Positions 57,701-64,000 of a stretch of DNA of 64,000 nucleotides are shown here, in pieces. The stretch's first letter is position 1. Each line of letters opens with the position of its first letter. The stretch covers positions 1 through 64,000 of the IMG/VR virus record IMGVR_UViG_3300045988_149468; one strand, 5' to 3'. The translations under genes and the position numbers were made by a program. Below the pieces are notes generated by a model. It made no database searches and was not told where the DNA came from. It saw only the letters and a list, made by a program, of their open reading frames with translations. This stretch comes from a virus.

Positions 57701-58729
57701 AAATATTCTAGTGAGACAATATATTCTCAAGGTAAACAATATACTTACAAACAACCAGGAAAAGGGAAAATCGGATTTGATTGTAGTTCGTTTGTCGGAG
57801 TTTGCTATCAAAACGCTGGATATGACTTCATGAAAGGTTTATCTTGTGCTGGTGGTAATTTACAATCTACAGCTAAGAAACACAATGCTAAGATGTGGAG
57901 ATATGTTGATAGTAAATTTGAGAAATGTTTACCAGGCGATATAGTAATGATGGCAAATGATTCCGTTGATTTAACTAAAAGTAATATGGCAACTTGTTCA
58001 ACACATCATACAGCTATTTACATGGGAAATGGATATATAGCCGAAGCTGTCGGGTATTCGACAGGAATAGTGAAAAGAAAGAGAACCCCTAATAGTCAAT
58101 GGTTCTTTATGAGAATTGAAGAATTAACTAAGACAGATAAAAAATCAAATGATGATTCTAGTGAAAGCGGAAGTAATGATAATTCAAGTTCAGATAATGG
58201 AAGTGGAAAAAACTGTATAAATCAATCAGGTACCATTGATGGACATAAATATATTTATAGATTTGCAAAAGCTCGTTGTACGGCTTATGGAGATAGTTCA
58301 AGTACAGGTGCTGGTGGCAAATTAACTATTGGAAAAAGTTGTGGTGCACATAATCTTCCGTATTCTACTAAGCTTTTTATACCTTCAACTGTTGGTAAAT
58401 TTGGTAATAAAGATGGCATATGGGAAGTTAAAGACACAGGTGGATATACAACTGATTTTGACCTATTGATTGCTAAATCTGATAGTCAGGCTGAAAAATT
58501 ATTAGGAAATCCTTTGGTGACAGACGTATACGTTCTCGAATGGGGAGATGGTAAAACAGCATGGTCATTTACGGAAGCCATTGAATGGTGTAATAAATAT
58601 TATGGAGTAGGTGCTTTTCATACTTCATGGAAAACATATATGAAATATGGTGGTTGTACAATAAACTTCTGGAGATTCAAAGACCATGACAAAACTATAA
58701 AATCTAAATCTTGGTATAATAAATTATAA
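54722..58729 (+). CDS. tail-associated lysin (Tal) with multiple enzymatic domains
   Basis: It has an N-terminal prophage-tail endopeptidase-like region and two Big_2-like repeats ('VTG(I/V)...ATV...G.V.GVNYG.C.I'). An SGNH-like segment follows ('LFIGDGRIAEMN', degenerate). It also has NlpC/P60 ('GFDCSSFVG...HHTAIYMGNGYIAEA') and a C-terminal 3D-like domain ('RCTAYGDSSSTGAGG...VKDTGGY'). Confidence 0.7.
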   Translation: MKIKQLRTINKLELCKINKTIIGEIPIKFLTEEECKLDEIGTLNLQIPKYFQDNHTLKKTEVLIYDDLKNERFIKVNESDYYVIKEIKEDKINKVKTITTYSYEKKLEKNNIVLSDISLSLLDVDEENEIYSFNDELYKTTGWSLGYVDDTVRYDETGRPRVRVQENTDTSFYQFIKETIQEQFCCIADFDIKNKKVNLYDEDSFGDEIKIILNKDNYLKNLENTSNTTSLVTQLTLQGNEDKCIVEDANPNGTNYIEDYSYFVETEEMSEELINALNLYNKLTEKRIAEWRELNTQKSILLSDINNKTGNENILTSMVKEYENYIIAHENIEEEGMEYDLTDFKNQLQIKRDELVELNKELTDLEQQLNNVNNRIKELNGLILKETSKDGQGNFIFNDKLLDELKEFTYNDTYSEDSFIDANEILRTGRHLLESKCKPTVEYSIDVNDFTSRIISNKTKGEWQGELSLGDLIVLYDKETKKEEYVYFVGWNKKYNYQNDSNSVTTELSLDLSNKKTNKTNTKVIADLLKDSKNNKKQINSTKHLLNDQKYNRFKSNLLNNEDILLDLDEPRLNDMTKVTGIDLNISTLTLDINVSKQIKAYVRPTTAKNTNVIWSSSDNNIATVSTTGLVKGVNYGSCTITAITEEGNFKSVCQVTIQKSIENEVKVTGVQVLNSNIALDIGEEEYIIPNILPNNATNQDVTYVSSSPTIATVDNTGKITGVNYGICEIKVIPVDNPEISARCYISISTEDKKDYTTLNNALFIGDGRIAEMNSLGILNKLYVDAKADVDITYFNSRINTYPVNPTCIIVMPNINDLSEQGAFNVKTLLTTLKNKYPTKNIYLVTPLPVGVNYESSKLYSEVNNQITKFNSLIKDYANLLNVKSVNANLNLVTNGTLNSYYSKDGYYLTETGYRILCNNITNTILNYMNVKQDTPKDDDDKKDDDNNSSGGLSKQRQLIIDRAEEIVKMCKNGKTWYSQYNRTTDWNKKQIIKYSSETIYSQGKQYTYKQPGKGKIGFDCSSFVGVCYQNAGYDFMKGLSCAGGNLQSTAKKHNAKMWRYVDSKFEKCLPGDIVMMANDSVDLTKSNMATCSTHHTAIYMGNGYIAEAVGYSTGIVKRKRTPNSQWFFMRIEELTKTDKKSNDDSSESGSNDNSSSDNGSGKNCINQSGTIDGHKYIYRFAKARCTAYGDSSSTGAGGKLTIGKSCGAHNLPYSTKLFIPSTVGKFGNKDGIWEVKDTGGYTTDFDLLIAKSDSQAEKLLGNPLVTDVYVLEWGDGKTAWSFTEAIEWCNKYYGVGAFHTSWKTYMKYGGCTINFWRFKDHDKTIKSKSWYNKL

Positions 58730-58815
58730 AATTTTACAAAAATAGGTTTAAAATTTCCTCCTTTTGATAACAATATATAATATGAATATAAAAATTAATA
58801 AGGGGGAATTAACTT

Positions 58816-59829
58816 ATGTATTTTAATTTAGAACACAAACAGATGGTAGAAAATCGTGGCTATATTTATATTTACAGTTATGATAGAAAAGAAGTAACAT
58901 TAGATAGTAAAAATAAGAATAAAAATAAAATTCATATAAGAGTGAAATGTCCTTATTGTAAGAAAAAATATGACATAGATATTTATACATTTAGAAATGG
59001 TTCACATTGTAAATATTGTTGTCATGAATATAAAAAATCATTTGCATATTATATTGAAGAAGAATTAGGGTTAGACCTTAATGATGTTTGGGATTGGGAA
59101 GAGAATAGCAGACGAGGAATTAATCCTTGGGATATATTAATAAAAAGTGATAAAATAATTTATATATGGTGTCAAGATAAATGGTATCATGGTAGTTATA
59201 AAACAGCACCTAGCTTATTTTACAAAGGAAGAAGATGTCCCTATTGTAATCCTTTTGCTAGTCATAGAGTGCATAAGTTAGATAGTTTTGGATATTTATA
59301 TCCAGAGAAAGCTAAGTACTGGGATTATGAAAAAAACAAAAATAAAAAACATAAAACTCCATTTGATGTGGCACCTCATAGTACTATTGAAAAATATTGG
59401 TTTAAATGCGAAAAATGTAATACACCATTTGAGAGAAGTTTAAACAGCATGAATCGAGAAGATACAGGGGTAGTATGTGAACAATGTAATGGGTCTCAAC
59501 TAGAACAAAAAGTAAAAAAAGTTTTAGACAAATATAATCAATTTTATTATAGAGAAAAAGAATTTAATAATTTAATAGGTCATGGAAAAAGAAATTTAAG
59601 ATTTGATTTTTATTTACCTAATCATAATTTATTAATAGAATGTAATGGTAAACAACATGAAGAATTTACATCTTTCTTTTGTAAAAATAAAGCAGACTTT
59701 GAAAGACAATTAGAGCACGATAGACGCAAGAAACAATACTCAATTGACCATAACATCAACTTCTTAGAAATTTGGTATTATGATATAGATAATATAGAAC
59801 AAATACTAACAAAGCAATTAAATCTATAA
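58816..59829 (+). CDS. free-standing paralog of the intron nuclease (zinc ribbons plus Vsr/DUF559-like domain)
   Basis: 'CPYCKKKY...CKYCC' and 'RRCPYCNP...' are present. The C-terminus is 'LEQKVKKVLDKYNQFYYREKEF...LRFDFYLPNHNLLIECNGKQHEE'. It has its own promoter and box (58785-58801). Confidence 0.6.
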   Translation: MYFNLEHKQMVENRGYIYIYSYDRKEVTLDSKNKNKNKIHIRVKCPYCKKKYDIDIYTFRNGSHCKYCCHEYKKSFAYYIEEELGLDLNDVWDWEENSRRGINPWDILIKSDKIIYIWCQDKWYHGSYKTAPSLFYKGRRCPYCNPFASHRVHKLDSFGYLYPEKAKYWDYEKNKNKKHKTPFDVAPHSTIEKYWFKCEKCNTPFERSLNSMNREDTGVVCEQCNGSQLEQKVKKVLDKYNQFYYREKEFNNLIGHGKRNLRFDFYLPNHNLLIECNGKQHEEFTSFFCKNKADFERQLEHDRRKKQYSIDHNINFLEIWYYDIDNIEQILTKQLNL

Positions 59830-59890
59830 TATAGAAATTAATAAGGCATCTTAGTGTGCCTTATTTTTATGTTTAAAAGGAGGTGAAATA

Positions 59891-61384
59891 ATGGCATTAT
59901 TAAATAATTCCCCTGCGAATGGATATATATACTTTGAAAATCCATGTATACAATACAATGGAACAATCTATACAATCAATTCAATGTATACAAATAAACC
60001 ATATATTTATTTTGATATATCTGATCCTAAAATATTAAAAGACTTTGATTATAGACAACCTGATGAAAATTTAATACTAGTTGTAAAAAATAATGATGGT
60101 TTTGCTATGATTTTAGAAGGTAACACAGCTTTAGAACTAACTTTTGACGGAATTAATGCAAAAACATTAGCTAATAAACTAAATTCAGTTAATAAAAACT
60201 CACAAGAATATAAAAATGAATTAAGTGAAATTAATGATAGCGTTAATTCTCTATCTGATGATTTAGTTAAGACTAATACGTTCAATGAGATTAAAGAAAC
60301 ATTTAATACATCAACAATACAGCTAAATAATAAATTGGTAAGTTTAACTGTATTAGTTAAAAATAGTGTATCGGATAATTTGTTAACTACTTCTGAAAAA
60401 GGAAATATAAATTATGAATATGGTTTATTTGAACAACGAATATTAGAAGTCCTATCTCAATCAAATTCATTAATAGCTTTATATAGTACTTCTTCTAGTA
60501 ATATAGATGAAAATGTTATATCTTCTGTAGAAAATAATGAATCTGAATTAACTGGATTGGTTGCCGAACTAAACATTCAAATGAACGAATTAGTTAATCT
60601 TCAAACAGAAGCTGTAACTTCTGCTGATATAGTTGATATAACTAGTAACTTAACAACTATAAGTTCATCATTGGTATCATTAAAAGATAATTGTAATAAT
60701 TTAATATATCTTGGTGCAGGAAATACTATTGTAGACACAACAAATAATATTTCTTTTAGATTGGACACTTTAGACAACATTGTATCTGAATTAAAAGAAA
60801 GTGTTACTTCTGGATTTGAAGAGGAAAAGAAAAATATCCAAAATATAATAAACAATGATATAAATATATGTAACAAATTAGGAAATTTATTATATCAAAT
60901 AGTTTCAAGTGATGGAAATCAAATGACGCAATCTCAGAAATCATCTATAGGAACATATTGTAATGGATTAGAAAATAATTTGAATAAATTAAAAGGTATA
61001 TATGAAGTTTATTATGAAAACGAAGCATTAGACAGCACGTTAAAAAAACAATTTAAAGAAAGTATGGACGATTTTATAAAAATACAAACTACAATGACAG
61101 ATGATTTAAAAGAAAGTATTAGTGATTTAATTCTTACATCTAAAGAATATAGAAGATATTTTGCTTATTTAGAATTGTTTAGAAGTGCAAGGAGTGATTT
61201 ATCTAGTAAATTTATGTCAGTTATAAACTTAGTTATTAATTCACAAGGTTCAGATAGTATAGATGCTATTAATACAAAGATACAAAATATAAATGACAGT
61301 ATAGCAAGTATAACACAAGAAATAAATACTATAAAAAATAAATGTGATGATTTTGATAAAAGATTAAAAGCATTAGAAGGATAG
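59891..61384 (+). CDS. baseplate/tail-fibre-associated coiled-coil protein
   Basis: The call rests on its position after Tal and a long Ser/Asn-rich coiled coil. Confidence 0.45.
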   Translation: MALLNNSPANGYIYFENPCIQYNGTIYTINSMYTNKPYIYFDISDPKILKDFDYRQPDENLILVVKNNDGFAMILEGNTALELTFDGINAKTLANKLNSVNKNSQEYKNELSEINDSVNSLSDDLVKTNTFNEIKETFNTSTIQLNNKLVSLTVLVKNSVSDNLLTTSEKGNINYEYGLFEQRILEVLSQSNSLIALYSTSSSNIDENVISSVENNESELTGLVAELNIQMNELVNLQTEAVTSADIVDITSNLTTISSSLVSLKDNCNNLIYLGAGNTIVDTTNNISFRLDTLDNIVSELKESVTSGFEEEKKNIQNIINNDINICNKLGNLLYQIVSSDGNQMTQSQKSSIGTYCNGLENNLNKLKGIYEVYYENEALDSTLKKQFKESMDDFIKIQTTMTDDLKESISDLILTSKEYRRYFAYLELFRSARSDLSSKFMSVINLVINSQGSDSIDAINTKIQNINDSIASITQEINTIKNKCDDFDKRLKALEG

Positions 61385-61395
61385 GTGATAATAAA

Positions 61396-62658
61396 ATGGA
61401 AAGAGAATATACTTTAATAATACAAAAACAAAAAAGTGTATTAAGTGAAGCATTATCTATTTCTAAAGATGATGATGGTGTTAGTGTTTATTTAAGATTA
61501 TTAGGTTCTCCATTCTTTGATATAAGTAAACATAATTACACATATTCTAAAATATCAATAACAGATAAATATAAAGTAATAAAAGAAAATGCAATAACAC
61601 CTATAGTTGATAATAGGATATTATTTAAAATAAATAATGAATTAACTAATGTTTTAGAAATAGGAGAATATCAACTATATATAAGATTAATTGATGATAG
61701 AGGTCAATATTATACTTTACCACCAATTAAAATGGAATGTATAAAATCAAATGAATTATCAACATTAACATTAGATGAAGGAACGATAGAAAAAGGTAAC
61801 GTTGATAATGTATCTATTCAAAGTTTAGGAGAGGATATTCCATCTTATTTAACTGATGGTAGTTATAATAGAACAATATGGCAAACCAATGATTTGATTA
61901 CTGGAAATAAAATGAATAAAATTGAATCTGTTCTTAATGATGAAGTTGATAATAGTATTCAGTTTGTTCAAGCATTAGAATTATTAAATAAAGAAAAAGG
62001 TTATAACCTTAAAGAAGGAACTTCAGTTAATCCTATTAACATATATAACCTTCCAGTAGGAAATTACATTCTTAATGGATATATAAAAGATTTATCAAAT
62101 AGTACAGTACAAGAAGTTGAAAATGCAAGATATTATGTAGTATATAAAGATGAAGATTGTAGTTATATATTAAGAAATTTATCTACGGATAAAATTCCAA
62201 TTTTATTGAAATACGATTCATACCATAATCAAGTATTAGCAGTCACAGGGCAAGTTAAGATACTTAAAACGGCATCAGATACGTTACAATTAACAAATGA
62301 CGAATTTCAATTTTTAAGCATTGGCGACTTGGTTAAATTGAAATTACCAAAGAATATTGACTTTACTAGAATACATTTATTCATATTACCCACATCAGAT
62401 TTAACCATTACTTTTCCTAAGATTTCATGGGAAAATTACCCATTATTAAACCAAGATATGTTTACCGAAATAACACTAACTTGTTATAATAATGTATGGT
62501 ATGGGAAAGCACATACATTTGAAAAATCAACTACAACAACAACTTATAGTGAGGAAATGACATTTAATGTTAATTCTGTAGGCTGTGATTTAGATTATGA
62601 TGATTATAAAGATATAATTAAAAATACAGTCGGGGAGGAATATATTAAAAATGAATAA
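61396..62658 (+). CDS. tail fibre/receptor-binding candidate
   Basis: The call is by position. I recognise no domain. Confidence 0.4.
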   Translation: MEREYTLIIQKQKSVLSEALSISKDDDGVSVYLRLLGSPFFDISKHNYTYSKISITDKYKVIKENAITPIVDNRILFKINNELTNVLEIGEYQLYIRLIDDRGQYYTLPPIKMECIKSNELSTLTLDEGTIEKGNVDNVSIQSLGEDIPSYLTDGSYNRTIWQTNDLITGNKMNKIESVLNDEVDNSIQFVQALELLNKEKGYNLKEGTSVNPINIYNLPVGNYILNGYIKDLSNSTVQEVENARYYVVYKDEDCSYILRNLSTDKIPILLKYDSYHNQVLAVTGQVKILKTASDTLQLTNDEFQFLSIGDLVKLKLPKNIDFTRIHLFILPTSDLTITFPKISWENYPLLNQDMFTEITLTCYNNVWYGKAHTFEKSTTTTTYSEEMTFNVNSVGCDLDYDDYKDIIKNTVGEEYIKNE

Positions 62659-63502
62659 TTGTAAAAAATATATGGGTTTAATAACTGAATCAATACAATC
62701 GTATATAGATAAAGCCTTAGAAAAATTTGACCTTTCAATAAAAAAGATTAAAGACAATGTTCCTGCTGATGTTGATTTTAATACTACTAGTAGAAAAATA
62801 CAACTTATGTCCAAGGATGGTGTAAGACTAGGTGAAGGTGTTGTATTGCCATCTACTGATTGGGGTGGCAATATAGACACAGCTAAATTTGCTAGAACAG
62901 AAGATGTTCCCACTAAAATGTCACAATTAACAAACGATAATAATTATGTTACTGAAAGTGATTTAGTTGATAAAGGATATCTTACGTCACATCAAGACAT
63001 TAGCGGTAAAGTTGACAAAGTAGAGGGAAAACAATTAACCACTAATGATTATGATGATACTGAAAGAAACAAACTTAAAAATCTATATGACAATCAATTA
63101 GCTGATACAATTATGATAAATGGAAAACTTTATTTAGTAAAAAAAGACGGTGCAATTATTGGTGAGGGTACAACTATATATAATAATACTACTGATGAAT
63201 TAACTGACTATGCTAAAAAAAATGAAGTTGCAAATGATTTATTTTTAAATTCTTCAACAAATAGATTACAACTTATAGATACTACTGGTAAAAAAATTGG
63301 CAATGGTATATTATTACCAATTAACAGTGGTACTGTCGATGGAAGTTTGGCAACTATTTATAAAAATAGCCTTCCGACTGCAACAAACGATGATGATGGC
63401 AAAATAGCGATAAAGAGAGTTGCTGGAAAAGATGATACAGTTCACATATGTATTAGACAATCTAATGGAACAAGTGCTTGGAAGAAAATAATGTTAGAAT
63501 AA
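62651..63502 (+). CDS. tail fibre protein candidate
   Basis: It overlaps the previous gene by 8 nt. Internal repeats of the type '(S/L)xDG(V/A)xxGEG(V/T)' and 'TTGKKIGNGILLP' occur. Confidence 0.4.
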   Translation: MNNCKKYMGLITESIQSYIDKALEKFDLSIKKIKDNVPADVDFNTTSRKIQLMSKDGVRLGEGVVLPSTDWGGNIDTAKFARTEDVPTKMSQLTNDNNYVTESDLVDKGYLTSHQDISGKVDKVEGKQLTTNDYDDTERNKLKNLYDNQLADTIMINGKLYLVKKDGAIIGEGTTIYNNTTDELTDYAKKNEVANDLFLNSSTNRLQLIDTTGKKIGNGILLPINSGTVDGSLATIYKNSLPTATNDDDGKIAIKRVAGKDDTVHICIRQSNGTSAWKKIMLE

Positions 63503-63580
63503 TTTTTTTTAAATAATACAAGAGTGGTTATTAACTTAACTACTCTTTTTATATAAAAAATAAAGGAGGGATGAAAATTC

Positions 63581-64000
63581 ATGTATGGTAAATTTATAAA
63601 TGACGAATTAATTGAAGCACCAAATACATATAAAACGCCAATGGGTGAATTAATAACTAATTTCACTAATTCTGTTGAATTAATGAAAGCTTATGGATTT
63701 AAAGAAATCACAGGAAATCAACCGAATTATGATCCTAACTATGAAGTATTAATAATTACATCTCATATAGAGCATGAAGACACAATAGAATGTGTTTATG
63801 AAAAAGTTTCAATGGCATCGTTACTTAAAACTAATATATCACATGATAAAAAAATAGATTATACTAGAGGTGAAATATTAGAAGCTAGAAAAAGTACTAA
63901 ATTAGTAAATGGTGAAACCACAACTAAAGAGTATTCTTCTTTAAAAGAAAGATTAGATAATATGGAAACTTTTGTTTATGAAAGAGTAGATATATCTAAT
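63581..64000 (+). CDS. hypothetical late protein, 5' partial (runs off the window)
   Basis: ATG at 63581 lies 10 nt after an AAAGGAGGG RBS, and the frame stays open to the window end. It is absent from the ORF track because no stop is present. Confidence 0.5.
   Translation, partial: MYGKFINDELIEAPNTYKTPMGELITNFTNSVELMKAYGFKEITGNQPNYDPNYEVLIITSHIEHEDTIECVYEKVSMASLLKTNISHDKKIDYTRGEILEARKSTKLVNGETTTKEYSSLKERLDNMETFVYERVDISN

Overview
The window is very AT-rich (roughly 25-30% G+C by eye) and uses Firmicutes/Clostridium-style signals: GGAGG ribosome-binding sites and TTGACA-N17-TATAAT promoters. I read it as part of a phage-plasmid, that is, a siphovirus-type prophage maintained as a plasmid. 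No integrase is visible.

Layout:
- 1-11.4 kb: an early/accessory region of small gene cassettes, each with its own promoter. It holds a BRO-N antirepressor, an AP2-domain protein, two TnpB genes and a leftward operon of small genes.
- 11.4-13.6 kb: an ORF-free, repeat-laden stretch of about 2.2 kb.
- 13.6-17.7 kb: the plasmid-maintenance module. It has ParM/ParR, an intron-split PAPS-reductase-like gene, and a Rep_3-type initiator with about seven 21-22 bp iterons.
- 18-27 kb: an accessory block. It has a truncated GH13 glycosidase, a sigma-region-4-like regulator, a small SF2 helicase, a Type III Mod-like methyltransferase, an HU-like protein, an ORF-less promoter-driven transcript, tRNA-Trp and a metallophosphoesterase.
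- 27-64 kb: a lambda-ordered morphogenesis module. It runs terS-like, [TnpB insertion], terL, portal, S8 protease, scaffold, decoration, major capsid, connectors, major tail protein, chaperones, tape measure, Dit, a multi-enzyme Tal, then fibre/baseplate proteins.

Main points:
1. An oriented 17-nt box, AATATRNW-AATTAATAA, occurs in about 30 intergenic positions covering essentially every transcription unit.
2. Self-splicing-intron density is unusually high. Four group I introns sit in the tape-measure gene, one carrying a nuclease ORF and two separated only by a micro-exon. One more sits in the PAPS-reductase-like gene, and a probable one in a head-tail gene.
3. There are three TnpB genes without TnpA. 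Two use the phage promoter and box, and one is wedged between terS and terL.
4. Gene cassettes are bracketed by duplicated promoter/box modules.
5. A two-hairpin RNA element shows compensatory base changes between its two copies.

Functions are inferred from motifs I can read in the translations; no database search was run. Coordinates I derived by eye (introns, repeats, motifs) may be off by 1-2 nt. CDS coordinates follow the supplied ORF track unless stated.
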